This document shows, piece after piece, positions 1 to 10,487 of a stretch of DNA of 64,000 bases. The stretch is from positions 32,001 through 96,000 of the forward strand of contig CAWBAT010000002.1 in assembly GCA_963786955.1 (NCBI GenBank). The letters run 5' to 3'. The position numbers and the translations under genes are program-made. The notes beneath the pieces were generated by a model, which was given only the letters and a program-made list of their open reading frames with translations, did not search any database and was not told where the DNA came from. Position 1 is the first letter of the stretch, and every line of letters begins with the position of its first letter. This stretch comes from an uncultured Acidimicrobiia bacterium (lineage in GTDB: Bacteria > Acidobacteriota > Terriglobia > Versatilivoradales > Versatilivoraceae).

Positions 1-3
1 ACT

Positions 4-75
4 TTGTAGGCCGCGTGACCCCACGCGGCGCCTATCTTAAGATACGTCACCGCAATTACGAATAGCAGTACTTAG
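4..75. repeat. REP/MITE-like element end (GTAG-type hairpin plus conserved terminal motif)
   Basis: TTGTAGGCCGCGTG-accc-CACGCGGCGC hairpin followed by CGTCACCGCAATTACGAATAGCAGTACTTAG. Positions 20-75 match the reverse complement of 23661-23716, and the terminal motif recurs at 23782-23812. Confidence 0.7.
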
Positions 76-184
76 GATCATGACCTCACAAATCTCGGTC
101 CGCAAACGAAATCATGTGCTGACAGGCAATTTCAAGAGCGGCCGACTCATTCCTAATCTATTGAAAAAAATACAGATCGAGGTA

Positions 185-540
185 TTTTGCACGATAGAGT
201 GATTTGCTACAAAGGTGGATACACGTCAGATGGGGTTCTTCAGTCACTCACTCCGCCAATCCCTCTGCAGGAGCATATTTTGTGAATTACACGGCCCGAA
301 AGGCTCTGTGCATTTGTATTTTCAGAACGCGATTGTGGAAAACTCTCATCTGGCGGGCATCTTGTTCAACGATTGCTATATATACAGAATATCGGATAAT
401 TTATTGATAAGAGTTTGCTTCACAAAGGGTTGCATGTGTGTTCAATCCTTGTGCAATCTGCTCTTCATTTAATCTAACTAACGAGTTGGAAATAGGCGAA
501 CCATTTTTTGCACAGGTTTTTCCACAAAAACTGTTGATAT
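185..540. promoter_or_regulatory. Cluster of DnaA-box-like 9-mers in an AT-rich non-coding region
   Basis: Perfect TTWTNCACA matches at 334-342 (minus strand), 506-514 and 518-526. One-mismatch copies at 185-193 and 281-289 (minus), plus several two-mismatch copies. Confidence 0.5.
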
Positions 541-660
541 CCATTCGTAACATGAAGCCAGAAGGTATTTCTTCGAATACTTGCGCTCTCCCCTGAAAGC
601 GGGCTTGACCCTAGGAAAGATTTATCCTGGCCCGGTAGGCATTGAGTCGTGTGACTTTAT

Positions 661-689
661 TTGCTTAACTTTCTTTATTTTGATATAGA
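661..689 (+). promoter_or_regulatory. Putative sigma70 promoter for the CHASE-GAF gene
   Basis: TTGCTT-N17-TATAGA with a TG just upstream of the -10 hexamer, about 45 nt before the ATG at 733. Confidence 0.35.
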
Positions 690-732
690 TATCGCCTCTG
701 CCAATCGATAGAAGAGCTCTGAAACGCAAATC

Positions 733-2088
733 ATGCAAACTAAGAAATTCTTGATTGCGCTTGAAGTTGTCGTCGTTTTCCTAGGGTTGACCGTCTACCT
801 GTGGTTCACCATTCAATTAACTCAAAAACAAAAGCAGGTGCAGGCACTCGACATCAGTGCCGGTCACCTAAAAAATGGGATTGATGCCTTTCTCACTGAA
901 AAGGTCTCGATCTTGCTTCAGGTCAGAAATTTCTGGATGAATAGTTCCAGTGTCTCGCATGAACAGTTCAGCGGGTTTTGCAGGGACATCCTCAGTCAGA
1001 CTCCCGGGTTTCAAGCGATTGAATATGGAGATACAAGTAATCGCGTCGTTTGGGTTGAGCCATTCTTATCGAATGAACCCAGCGCCCAATCCAGTGTTGT
1101 GTCTGAGCCCGTTCGCTACAAGACGCTCCAGCGCGCTATTCTCAAAAGGAACGTCTCCCTTACTCCTGTACTTGATCTTTCTCCCGGGGTAAAAGGTTTC
1201 TTTGCCTATGTGCCTATTTTTAAACAGGGAAAGTACGATGGGACCGTGGTTGGGGCTTTTAAACTCGATACGTTGTTCTCGCTAGTATTTGATTCTGTCG
1301 TTCGACAGAAATATAACATTCTGGTTCAAGACGGCGAGAGGCAGATCTACGCCGACTTTAACGCCAAACAGCCATGGAACAGGTCCCACTTTCTTGCCAG
1401 ACTGACGATTACGATGCCGGATCAGACTTGGGGACTCTTGGTCTGGCCGAGGGAAGCTGATGCAGAATTCAGTTTCATTGGGAGTGCGATATTAATTCTC
1501 GGCATTGCTCTATCGTTTGCCTTAGGAACATTAGTTTGGGCCCTATCAAGCAGGACGGAACAATCGGACTTGTATTCCGAATTCCTGGAATGCTCCGCTC
1601 ATATTAAGGTGGCCGCTGAATTGGAGGGCGTTTATCGGGTGGTTGGCGATTCCTGCAAGCGCATCTTTGCAGTTCGGCAGGTGGGGTTCTTTGCCGCGAA
1701 CGATAAGCAAAAGCGATTTGAACCTGCCTGGTATTCCGGGGGCGATGAATCCAAAACGAGGCGTTTTTTTGATTTACAGATGCACTATGGGTCTGTACCA
1801 CTTCTAAATAAAATGGAAAAAGAGGGGAAAGGCTTTTGCTTGGAGCGGGGAGGAGAGCAAAGAGAATTGGGCTCCGAGCTCCTGCAAATGTTTGAGGCTG
1901 AGAACTTGGCTGTGATGCCGATGCTGCATCGAGGAGAGCTAAGAGGCCTGATGATACTTGATTATCCCCAGAAGTACCGCCTATCCGATGGCGAATTTTC
2001 CGTGCTTGAGGCGATGGCGTCTGAAGTCGCTCTTGTCATTGAGAATTTCCGTCTCACTTCTGAACGACAGGCGTATGCGGATCTTTAG
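733..2088 (+). CDS. Membrane sensor protein, TM-CHASE-TM-GAF, with no output domain
   Basis: N-terminal TM helix; CHASE-like segment (GFQAIEY...SLTPVLDL...GFFAYVPIF...GTVVGAF); second TM helix; GAF-like C-terminus (LAVMPML..GELRGLMILD...VALVIEN) ending at the stop codon. Confidence 0.75.
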   Translation: MQTKKFLIALEVVVVFLGLTVYLWFTIQLTQKQKQVQALDISAGHLKNGIDAFLTEKVSILLQVRNFWMNSSSVSHEQFSGFCRDILSQTPGFQAIEYGDTSNRVVWVEPFLSNEPSAQSSVVSEPVRYKTLQRAILKRNVSLTPVLDLSPGVKGFFAYVPIFKQGKYDGTVVGAFKLDTLFSLVFDSVVRQKYNILVQDGERQIYADFNAKQPWNRSHFLARLTITMPDQTWGLLVWPREADAEFSFIGSAILILGIALSFALGTLVWALSSRTEQSDLYSEFLECSAHIKVAAELEGVYRVVGDSCKRIFAVRQVGFFAANDKQKRFEPAWYSGGDESKTRRFFDLQMHYGSVPLLNKMEKEGKGFCLERGGEQRELGSELLQMFEAENLAVMPMLHRGELRGLMILDYPQKYRLSDGEFSVLEAMASEVALVIENFRLTSERQAYADL

Positions 2089-2167
2089 GAGAACGAAAAT
2101 TCCTCGTATCATTCCCGTGTGCCCTTCTGCGGTGCTGATTGATTGAGATTCGTAGGAGAGAAGTAGC

Positions 2168-3373
2168 ATGGAGTTAAGAGATCAGGATCGGGTTTCACGT
2201 ATCCGAACATCCCTGCAACGGGCTCAGCTTGATGCCCTTATCCTTTTTCATCCCGAGAACATTCTCATGGCAACTGGGATGCTTCCAGGGAGCACCCATG
2301 TGATCGCCATTGTCACGGCCGATGAAAAAGTCGTCGTGATAACCCCTTGGTGGCGTGAAACATTTGTCCGGCTGGAAAGCTGGGCTGACGAGGTTTGGAC
2401 CTTCGACTGGTGCAAGGGCTTTAATGGCGTAGAGCCTGTTTCATCTATCCAAAACTTCCTCAAGCAGGCCCGCGGGGAATTGAAACTTGAAAAAATTGGG
2501 TACGATGCAAAGATGCATCATTATAGCCCGAACCAGTTACCTTCGGAATCCTTCACCTATGATGAGATCAAAGCGTCACTTCCCGGCATCTTCGCTTCGG
2601 CTGGGAATGCTACTGAGATTATTAACCAACTGAAAACGATCAAGACAGAACGCGAGATCGCCAAGCTTCGGCTCACAAACAAAGTGGCAGGAACCGGAGT
2701 AAGGGCCTTTTATAATTATGCCCGAGAAGGGGTTCGAGAAACCGACTTGGCAGCAGAAGTAAACTATGCTGTTCTGAAGATGGCGGGCCAGCAAGGTATT
2801 CGCTCTACATATTGTGATCCACCGCAAATCATGTCTGGGCCAGAGAGAACCTCGATTGCCGATACTATGTCCAACCACGCCACAGAGCGTATCCTTCAAC
2901 AAGGAGACCCCGTGATACTGGAATTTGGAGTGCACGCGAATGGTTACTGGGCCGATATCACTCGCAGCTTGGTCGTAGGAGGGCCGACGGATCGTGCGTT
3001 GTCGGTCCATGAAGCCATACTTGCCGCCCAACGGAATGCCATCGCGTGTTACCGGCCCCGGAAAAGCACCGGAGATGAGTTGTGCCGCGCTGCCTGGGAA
3101 ACGATGCGAGAAAGAGGATTTGGGCAAGGGATCACGCATTTTCTCGGACATGGGCTGGGGTTTGCATACCATGAAGATCGTCCTGTCCTAGGTCCAGGAG
3201 AAACCGCCCTCGTCATGCCTGGGCAAGTCACATCCATAGAGCCGGGGTTATATTGGCGGAATGGGAGTGAATTGATTGGCGGAATGCGCGTTGAAGACAA
3301 CGTCGTCTGGGGTGAGGCCGATGGGCAAGCGGAGGTTCTGTCAGACTTTTACAGAGGTCTGAGCCACCCTTGA
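2168..3373 (+). CDS. M24 family Xaa-Pro peptidase (creatinase-N plus M24 catalytic domain)
   Basis: IKTEREI linker and motifs GYWADITRS, HFLGHGLG, SIEPGLY and GMRVEDNV. RBS AGGAG upstream. Confidence 0.88.
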   Translation: MELRDQDRVSRIRTSLQRAQLDALILFHPENILMATGMLPGSTHVIAIVTADEKVVVITPWWRETFVRLESWADEVWTFDWCKGFNGVEPVSSIQNFLKQARGELKLEKIGYDAKMHHYSPNQLPSESFTYDEIKASLPGIFASAGNATEIINQLKTIKTEREIAKLRLTNKVAGTGVRAFYNYAREGVRETDLAAEVNYAVLKMAGQQGIRSTYCDPPQIMSGPERTSIADTMSNHATERILQQGDPVILEFGVHANGYWADITRSLVVGGPTDRALSVHEAILAAQRNAIACYRPRKSTGDELCRAAWETMRERGFGQGITHFLGHGLGFAYHEDRPVLGPGETALVMPGQVTSIEPGLYWRNGSELIGGMRVEDNVVWGEADGQAEVLSDFYRGLSHP

Positions 3374-3552
3374 ATCGTCAGTTCCACCTGATTTCGTTTG
3401 CAACGACTTCCTGGATTACCCGATGAATCGATTTCATGAGTTGAAAGGATTCGTTACATGCCGTTGGAATCAAGTTTCGAGAAGAGAGCCACTCCTGGAA
3501 TTCCTTGACCAAAATCAGCTCGAAATGATACAAGAAATCGACCAGTAGTACG

Positions 3553-3628
3553 GGGCGAGTAGCTCAGTTGGGAGAGCGCGGCGTTCGCAACGCCGAGGTC
3601 GAGGGTTCGATCCCCTTCTCGTCCACCA
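3553..3628 (+). tRNA. tRNA-Ala (anticodon CGC)
   Basis: 76-nt cloverleaf. Acceptor stem GGGCGAG/CTCGTCC has the G3:U70 alanine determinant; D-arm GCTC/GAGC; anticodon arm CGGCG-TTCGCAA-CGCCG; T-loop TTCGATC; encoded CCA end. Confidence 0.97.
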
Positions 3629-3633
3629 TCCGC

Positions 3634-5745
3634 TCACGTTGGCGGCGACCGACTGAGGAGACTCTTTAGCTCCTCCTTGGAATCGACCGGTGCCCTGCAG
3701 GTGTAATTCTCGCATACATAAACCGCGGGCTTTCCGCCCACGAGCGTTTTTCCTTCCAGCAACGGAAATAGGTTCGTCTTTGCCGATACTTTCCCAGCGG
3801 AAAAGGCGAGGACTTTGTTGGGCAGAAATTCCTGAAAGATAGCGCTCAACAATTCTCGGGTTCTGGGGTCTCCCATTTCTCCAACCAGGGCAAACTCTTT
3901 GACCGGACCGACGAGAAAATCAACGCCGAGCAACAGATACCCAAACCCTCCAGGATAATGAGTCAAAGCCGCAGCCATCGTATCCAAAACAGATTGTGCG
4001 ATTTCTCGATAGCGCTTTTTTCCGCTTAGAACAGAAAACCGGAGGAGGTTGATCACGGCAACTGAATTTCCCGCAGGGGTCGCATTATCGTAATAATCTT
4101 TCACGCGAGTAATGAGACGTTCATGGTCTTTCCCCGCTAATGAAAAACTGGACTCGTTCGGATCCCAGAACTGCTCAAGCAGTAAATCGGTCAAGACTTC
4201 GGCCGGCTCTATCCAGTTCGACTCTCCTGTGACTTCGTAAAGCGTGAGTAGGCCTTCAATCAGATTAGCATAGTCTTCAAGATAGCCGGGTATCTTTGCC
4301 TGTCCATCTTTATAGACCCGGAGGAGCTTTCCATCCCTCCGCATGCGCTGAAGGATGAAGTGAGCATTTTCTCGCGCGGTTTTTAAGAAGTCTTCCCGTT
4401 CCAGGATTCGTCCGGCGAGTGCGAAACCCGCGAGCATCAACCCATTCCAACTCGTCAGAATTTTCTCATCCCGGCCGGGCTTGACTCTTTTTTCTCGCTC
4501 AACCAGCAATCGTCTCCGTCCCTCCTCGAGCTTTGCATTCAGTTCTTCAACGGAAATTCCCGCTTCTTGGGCCACATCTTTGCGAGCGTGGGGGGTATTC
4601 AAGATGTTTTTTGCCTCAAAATTCCCTCCCTGAGTCACATCATAGAAGGAACAAAATAGGTGCCCCAACTCATTCCCCAAGATCATCATCATTTCGTCTG
4701 GGGTCCATACAAAGTACCTGCCCTCTTCACCCTCGCTATCGGCATCCTGGCTGGAATAGAACCCGCCTGTAGGGTCTGTCATCTCCCGTTGAACGTATTC
4801 CAAAATCTCTACCACGATTTTCTTGTAGCTTTCTTCCCCCGTGAATTGATAAGCCTCAAGATAGACCCGGCTCAATAAGGCATTGTCATAGAGCATCTTC
4901 TCGAAGTGAGGAACCAGCCAGTGATCGTCCACGGAATAGCGATGAAAACCTCCGCCAATCTGGTCATACATCCCTCCTGAAGCCATTTTGTCCAGAGTCA
5001 GTTTTACGAAATCCAACGCCGCAGGTTGGCCTGTTCGGAGGTAATATCGCAGGCAGAAAGCCAGATTCATGGAAGGCGGAAACTTTGGTGCCCCCGCGAA
5101 GCCCCCGTTCACCCAATCGAATCGCTCGGAAAGCTGTTGAAAAGCTAGGTTAAGGGTTTCGATACCATTCAATGCCCGCCCTTCTGGCAGCTTATTCATC
5201 TTCTGCAGTGCTTCGACGATTTCGGGACCCGAGGCGGTGATTTCATTTTTGCGAGTGCGGTAAGCCTGACTGACCGCTGAACAGAGCCGGGTGAACCCGG
5301 GACGCCCGTAACGATCGTCCGGAGGGAAATAGGTCCCGCCAAAAAAGGGAATTTGGTCGGGGGTTAAGAAAACAGTCATGGGCCAGCCCCCGCTGCCAGT
5401 AGTCATCTGCACGTAACCCATGTAGATGGAATCCAGGTCTGGGCGTTCTTCCCGGTCCACCTTGATGTTGACGAAGAATTCATTCATCAATCCAGCGATG
5501 GATTCATTTTCGAATGATTCTCGCTCCATGACATGGCACCAGTGACAAGCAGAGTAGCCGATGCTTAACAATATGGGTTTGTCCGATCGGCGGGCCGTTT
5601 CTAAAGCTTCTGTCCCCCAGGGATACCAGTCGACTGGGTTATGCGCATGCTGTCGAAGATAGGGGCTGGTCTCATCGATCAAACGATTTGTAAACTGAGG
5701 TTTGCTGCCGGCTGGGGGAGAGTGGGTCACGTGTTTTCCCTTCAA
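3634..5745 (-). CDS. YyaL/SSP411 (DUF255) thioredoxin-domain plus six-hairpin glycosidase-like protein
   Basis: Signature motifs [52 protein letters not shown] and [11 protein letters not shown]. The exact start codon is uncertain. Confidence 0.92.
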   Translation of the reverse strand: MKGKHVTHSPPAGSKPQFTNRLIDETSPYLRQHAHNPVDWYPWGTEALETARRSDKPILLSIGYSACHWCHVMERESFENESIAGLMNEFFVNIKVDREERPDLDSIYMGYVQMTTGSGGWPMTVFLTPDQIPFFGGTYFPPDDRYGRPGFTRLCSAVSQAYRTRKNEITASGPEIVEALQKMNKLPEGRALNGIETLNLAFQQLSERFDWVNGGFAGAPKFPPSMNLAFCLRYYLRTGQPAALDFVKLTLDKMASGGMYDQIGGGFHRYSVDDHWLVPHFEKMLYDNALLSRVYLEAYQFTGEESYKKIVVEILEYVQREMTDPTGGFYSSQDADSEGEEGRYFVWTPDEMMMILGNELGHLFCSFYDVTQGGNFEAKNILNTPHARKDVAQEAGISVEELNAKLEEGRRRLLVEREKRVKPGRDEKILTSWNGLMLAGFALAGRILEREDFLKTARENAHFILQRMRRDGKLLRVYKDGQAKIPGYLEDYANLIEGLLTLYEVTGESNWIEPAEVLTDLLLEQFWDPNESSFSLAGKDHERLITRVKDYYDNATPAGNSVAVINLLRFSVLSGKKRYREIAQSVLDTMAAALTHYPGGFGYLLLGVDFLVGPVKEFALVGEMGDPRTRELLSAIFQEFLPNKVLAFSAGKVSAKTNLFPLLEGKTLVGGKPAVYVCENYTCRAPVDSKEELKSLLSRSPPT

Positions 5746-5859
5746 GCTTTAACTGAGAACTCTTAGCAACTTAACGTGAATTCAGAGCGCGGTCAAACGA
5801 AACCCTCCAACGATGCACTGGACTTTAATTGCGTTAATATTTAATGTGTAGAGCGGAAG

Positions 5860-6663
5860 ATGAATCTTTCGAATGAGGGCATGATGAATAACGACAAAAT
5901 TAAGATTGCAGGTCGAGAGTTTCGTTCGCGGCTCATGGTCGGTACTGGAAAATATGCGACATTGGGGCAGATGGCCCAAGCGTTGGAGGCTTCCGGAGCG
6001 GAGGTCGTTACGGTTGCGGTACGCCGGGTTAATGTGTCGGATCGAAATAAAGAATCCTTGTTGGATTCAATTGATTCCAAGAAGTACTTCATTCTGCCGA
6101 ATACGGCGGGCTGTTATTCAGCCGATGAAGCCGTACGGACGGCACGTTTAGCCAGAGAAGTCGGGCTTTCCAATTGGGTTAAACTGGAAGTCATCGGAGA
6201 TGAAAGGACACTATTTCCTGACAATGTTGGCCTTTTGAAAGCCACTGAAATCTTGGTCAAAGAGGGGTTCGTCGTGTTGCCCTACACCAATGATGACATT
6301 GTCACAGCTAGGCGCTTGATTGAGGCTGGAGCGGCGGCGGTCATGCCATTGGGTGCACCTATTGGCTCTGGCATGGGAATTCAAAACTTGACCAATATCC
6401 GGATTCTTCGCGAGATGATTCAAGATGTCCCTTTGATCGTTGATGCCGGAGTAGGGACGGCTTCCGATGCGACCATCGCCATGGAACTGGGGGTTGATGG
6501 CATTCTCATGAATACCGGTATTGCGCTGGCGCAAGATCCTGTGGCCATGGCCGAGGCGATGAATTATGGAACGCGGGCGGGTAGATTGGCGTATTTGGCA
6601 GGAAGAATTCCTAAGAAGCTTTACGCGACCGCGAGCAGTTCTCCCGAGGGCGTCGTCCGTTAG
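5860..6663 (+). CDS. thiG: Thiazole synthase
   Basis: Motifs [34 protein letters not shown] and [11 protein letters not shown]. The true start may be the ATG at 5881 or 5884. Confidence 0.96.
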   Translation: MNLSNEGMMNNDKIKIAGREFRSRLMVGTGKYATLGQMAQALEASGAEVVTVAVRRVNVSDRNKESLLDSIDSKKYFILPNTAGCYSADEAVRTARLAREVGLSNWVKLEVIGDERTLFPDNVGLLKATEILVKEGFVVLPYTNDDIVTARRLIEAGAAAVMPLGAPIGSGMGIQNLTNIRILREMIQDVPLIVDAGVGTASDATIAMELGVDGILMNTGIALAQDPVAMAEAMNYGTRAGRLAYLAGRIPKKLYATASSSPEGVVR

Positions 6664-6699
6664 CGTTTGCGGATTCCAGTCTTCTTCCCCCTTCCGCTG

Positions 6700-6920
6700 A
6701 GCAAACCGGCCGCTCCTGACGGAGCTTTGTTTTTTACCGAACATTAGGTTCTATAGACAGGTCGCCGCGCCGCGGCCTTTCTCCTCACCCGTTTTAAAAA
6801 GCCGCAGAGTCAAAAATCGACTCCACGCTACCTTCAACGTGTTGGCTCCGATAGGAGCCTCCGGTTTATAGTAAGCAGGGGTCAGCTGTCCTGAAAGCTC
6901 CAGAGGAGCGACCTGTAAAT
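6700..6920. repeat. Cluster of four short REP-like palindromes in two orientations
   Basis: gcaaaccggccGCTCCtgacGGAGC (6701), ctatagacaggtcGCCGCgccGCGGC (6751), and inverted copies GGCTCCgataGGAGCCtccggtttatag (6844) and GCTCCagaGGAGCgacctgtaaa (6897). Confidence 0.55.
6712..6735 (+). terminator. Putative intrinsic terminator after thiG (REP-like hairpin)
   Basis: GCTCC-tgac-GGAGC stem followed by TTTGTTTTTT. Confidence 0.5.
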
Positions 6921-7152
6921 TCCGATCCCAGCCCATCGATGCATTGGCCGACAAGCTAAAGGGTAGCCACGATTGACCAGCGATGGACTCGGATCAGCCT
7001 AACCCGCACAATCGCGCGACACAGGCCCAGGATTGGCGCAGAAAGCGCGTCAATCGTGTCTACCTTTGACGTTAAAAGAATTGGAATGGTCGGTGGAGAG
7101 ATCTAAAAATCGTCGCAAGCCTCGTGGAAGCGGAGTCAGGCGGGCTTTCTGC

Positions 7153-7695
7153 TCACCAATCGCTGTAAGGGGTTCCTTCAGTCGAAATGGCGTTCGAACC
7201 GCTCTTCACATCGAAGATGCCTGTTTCTGTTTGATCCGGGTACAAGGAAGAATCTTCCATCACGACCTGCCAGGTCGAGCTCGAGTTCGTAACCGGATCC
7301 TTTGGGATGCCCCTGAGATATCCTGCGCTCACGAGATCCTCCAGGGATTGCGGGGCTTTATGTTTGTCTGCTGTGTATTGATCGATCAGCGTCCGAAGTG
7401 TATGGAGGTTACTCTTGAGAACACCCTCCTTAGCACGAAGGATCGCGGAACTGGCAATAGGGATCGCGATACTGACCAGGATGGAAATCACCGTAAGGAC
7501 CATCATGAGTTCAATTAAGGTGAATCCTTTGGTCGTTAAATGACGCTTCTTCCGATTTCCACTTTGCCGCCGGATGTGACAGACCTGCTCCGAGTCAGCG
7601 CCGGCGTTGGTGGGGAGAACTTCCATTCCGCGAGATGCCACTTCAGCCAATAAGACCCTCATCATTGAACAGGATGCTCCAGTTGTTTCTACCAA
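7153..7695 (-). CDS. Type II secretion GspG-like pseudopilin
   Basis: Prepilin cleavage motif KG/FTLIELM, hydrophobic helix, LEDLVSAGYLRGIPKDP and C-terminal GTPYSDW. The start is uncertain (TTG overlapping the upstream stop). Confidence 0.88.
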   Translation of the reverse strand: MVETTGASCSMMRVLLAEVASRGMEVLPTNAGADSEQVCHIRRQSGNRKKRHLTTKGFTLIELMMVLTVISILVSIAIPIASSAILRAKEGVLKSNLHTLRTLIDQYTADKHKAPQSLEDLVSAGYLRGIPKDPVTNSSSTWQVVMEDSSLYPDQTETGIFDVKSGSNAISTEGTPYSDW

Positions 7696-8183
7696 TCCGC
7701 GTACTTCGACCCATCGAGTGCCGTACCCGTGCTTTTGCTAAAGATATCGTAAACATTCTGCCCGCCAAAGCTCTTGGAGTCAGGGCTGTCCTGGGAGGAT
7801 CGCAACCCCCATTCCGTATTCCCAGTCATGGGATCCCTTGGAATCCGGCGCAGGAATTTCAGCTTCTTGTCGACTGCATTGAGTTGAGCCACGCCTTTGA
7901 CCAGTGTTTCCATGTCAGGCGGGTAGCCTTCACTTCCAAACTTTAATTCGACGAAACCACGGTCAGAAGCATCTTTATACCGGTCAATGGCCTCTCGTAT
8001 TTCTCTCAGATTTCGGCGTAACTCCACTTCTTTTTCACGCTGGATCGTCACACGCGCCAGAGGCAAAGCGGCCATGGACAGGATACACACAATCGCAACC
8101 GTAAAAATCAACTCAATGAGCGTCAGGCCTGCCTGGCTTGTTAGGGTGAGTATTCTGGATTTCGAATTTCGGGTGCTTCGCAA
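7689..8183 (-). CDS. Type II secretion pseudopilin (GspG-like)
   Basis: AG/LTLIELI prepilin motif, ELRRNLREIREAIDRYK, FLRRIPRDPMT and ALDGSKYADW. Confidence 0.9.
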   Translation of the reverse strand: MRSTRNSKSRILTLTSQAGLTLIELIFTVAIVCILSMAALPLARVTIQREKEVELRRNLREIREAIDRYKDASDRGFVELKFGSEGYPPDMETLVKGVAQLNAVDKKLKFLRRIPRDPMTGNTEWGLRSSQDSPDSKSFGGQNVYDIFSKSTGTALDGSKYADW

Positions 8184-8225
8184 GAAGGTGTCCTCCCGAC
8201 TCTGTCCACATCACCTTCTAAACCT

Positions 8226-10487
8226 TCATTTTACCGTAATTTGAGTGCCTGAGGAACTCGCCGGCAACATGGATTTCGTCCCATCAAGGATGGTCGCCTG
8301 GCTAAAGTTAATCGGAGAAACCCCCGGGCCTGTGCCTTGAAACACCAACAGGAGCAGTCGGCCTGTTCCTGTAACCCCGGGAGCATCTGCCATCCGGTTC
8401 AGTGTCGCGCTGAATTTACCGGTTTCATTCTCAATACTAGGCACTAGAGTACTCGGCCTGCCATCCTGGGTCATCAATCCGCCCTCCTGCACTTCGAGAA
8501 GCTTCAGAACCTTTGGATCGTAAGAAAGAGCGAGATCAAGGCTGCTGACATTTTGCGCGTTCTCAAAGGAAATGGTCACAAAGGATTTGCCCCCCACAGG
8601 AACTTCAGGATTGGACGACTCCATTTTCAAAAAGGCCAGTCGAGGAGCAGGCTGGTTGTCCGCAGGCGCAGTGCGGGGCTGGGCTAGCTGAGAAGTATCA
8701 TCTTGAGGCACTACCGAAGGAGCCGGAGCCGTTGAAGCAGCCGCGTCTGTCGGGGATTTAGCGGCAGGCTCACTGCTACCGAGTCGAGGAGGTTTCCCGA
8801 TATACCGAGGATTGGTCCCCGAACCCAGAATAGAGAGCGATTTTAGGTCAACCTCCTGAATATCGGGGAGCCGAACAATGTGGGGGGTGATGACGATGAT
8901 GACTTCAACTTGATTCTTGTCTCTCTTTTCAGTCGCAAAAAGATACTTAAGAATGGGAACCCTATCTATTCCGGGGATTCCTTCTGTCGTCGTGAGGTCC
9001 TCTTCGGAAAGAATTCCAGCAATGATACTGGATTCTCCCTCTTTGAGACGGATTTCGTGCTCCACTTCACGATTGGCGAGAATGGGATACTTATTCTCGC
9101 TTAACGTTTCAAAACCCACGATTGCCTTGATCGCCACATGGACATTCATGGCAATATCCCGGTTCATCATGACTCTAGGAGTCAAATCCATATCCACACC
9201 CACATTAATCGTTGTGAATTGAACGACCGGGGTTCCACCAACGGTGCCTCCAAACACGGGCTGGAAACTGCCCGATGCGACCGGCTGCTGCTTCCCAATC
9301 CGCAAGGTGGCTTTCTTACCATCTGCGGCTCTAAGGGTCGGGTTTTGCAGGACCCGGCCACCTTTTATATTTTCATGGAATGTGGCTGATGGAACGGTGA
9401 CATAAAAATTGCCGCTGCCCAATTTTGAGAAATCTTTGATGGAGACTGTTTGACCTGTACTTCCGGGCGGGTTAACCCCTTGGATCGAGGTGGGCAGTGA
9501 AACTCCGAGATCCGTTAGCCGTTCTCTATTTACCTCAACAAGACTCACCTCAATAAGCACCTCTGGCTTGGCCTTGTCGATGGATTGAAGGATCTTCTCA
9601 GCCATTGCGATCTTGTCAGGTGTGTCACGAATCACGATCGCATTTTGACTATTGATCACGCCAACTTTTCGTAAGTCGAGTAAGGTTCGCAGTGTGTTCA
9701 AGATTTCCTGCAGGTCGGCTGTCGCCAGCGAATTTCCGAGGTAAAAGGTTTTGATCACTTGCTCTTCATAGAATTGGCGGGTCTGCTGATTGTCATTGGT
9801 AACGATGATGGTGTTCTTATTGACAACGGCCCAATAAGTTTTGGTCTGCAGCGCCAGAAGATCAAGGGCTTCGATCGCCGTTACATTGTTCAAATCAACC
9901 GGCACTTGCTGAGTCAAGCGATTTCCCAGATCCGAATCGAAAATGACGTTGATCCCGCTGACTTTACTAATTGACTCATAGGCCCGTTTCAGGTCCCCGG
10001 TCAATTTTAAAGAGATGGGGGCACTATTCGCAAATGTAAGTAAATCTCGGGCAGTAGAGAATTTACTTTTTTCGATCATATCGACGAGCTTATGTCGCTC
10101 GATTTCTTCTTTATCCTTGTTTTCTTTAATGAGTTTCTCGGTCGCCTTAATTTCCTGGTCAACCAGCCGATTCGATGGATCAATTTTGGCAGCCAACTGA
10201 TACTCAGCCAAAGCACCTTCGCTATTACCAGCCTCACGCAGTTTTCGTCCCAAATCCGCGTGATAAATCGCAGCCGAGCTTCGGGCATGATCGTAAGCAG
10301 CCCGGTAAGTGAAATCTCCAGGATTCTGTTCCAGCGCCTTAGAAAAATAGGCTAACGCCTCATCGTACTTTTGCTCCCTCTCGAACTCTACCCCCTGTTT
10401 AAAGGCCTTAGAGGTAGCACAGCCGGCAAAGAAGAGAATGGGCAGCAGGGCGACCAAGAGTCTTCTAAGGCAATTTATTTTCATCAT
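8226..10487 (-). CDS. Lipoprotein secretin (GspD-like) with N-terminal TPRs and a C-terminal cohesin-like domain
   Basis: Lipobox FFAGC after the start at 10487; TPR-like helices; secretin motifs (AIVIRDTPDKI, PEVLIEV, NVGVDMDLTP, GIPGIDRVPILKYLF, IIVITPHIV); Pro/Ala linker; cohesin-like LSYDPKVL...GTGRLLLLVF. Confidence 0.88.
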   Translation of the reverse strand: MMKINCLRRLLVALLPILFFAGCATSKAFKQGVEFEREQKYDEALAYFSKALEQNPGDFTYRAAYDHARSSAAIYHADLGRKLREAGNSEGALAEYQLAAKIDPSNRLVDQEIKATEKLIKENKDKEEIERHKLVDMIEKSKFSTARDLLTFANSAPISLKLTGDLKRAYESISKVSGINVIFDSDLGNRLTQQVPVDLNNVTAIEALDLLALQTKTYWAVVNKNTIIVTNDNQQTRQFYEEQVIKTFYLGNSLATADLQEILNTLRTLLDLRKVGVINSQNAIVIRDTPDKIAMAEKILQSIDKAKPEVLIEVSLVEVNRERLTDLGVSLPTSIQGVNPPGSTGQTVSIKDFSKLGSGNFYVTVPSATFHENIKGGRVLQNPTLRAADGKKATLRIGKQQPVASGSFQPVFGGTVGGTPVVQFTTINVGVDMDLTPRVMMNRDIAMNVHVAIKAIVGFETLSENKYPILANREVEHEIRLKEGESSIIAGILSEEDLTTTEGIPGIDRVPILKYLFATEKRDKNQVEVIIVITPHIVRLPDIQEVDLKSLSILGSGTNPRYIGKPPRLGSSEPAAKSPTDAAASTAPAPSVVPQDDTSQLAQPRTAPADNQPAPRLAFLKMESSNPEVPVGGKSFVTISFENAQNVSSLDLALSYDPKVLKLLEVQEGGLMTQDGRPSTLVPSIENETGKFSATLNRMADAPGVTGTGRLLLLVFQGTGPGVSPINFSQATILDGTKSMLPASSSGTQITVK

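Noticed and set aside
204-472. Short ORFs 204-407 and 215-472
   Set aside because: There is no RBS or recognisable motif. They lie in an AT-rich region better explained as regulatory DNA.
3553-3628. tRNA-Ala as an integration (att) site
   Set aside because: No duplicate of the tRNA 3' end and no integrase were seen. A core gene ends 5 bp downstream.
5746-5880. TPP riboswitch or thiS upstream of thiG
   Set aside because: The gap is short, with no complete TPP aptamer fold (only an isolated CTGAGA) and no ThiS-like ORF ending in GG.
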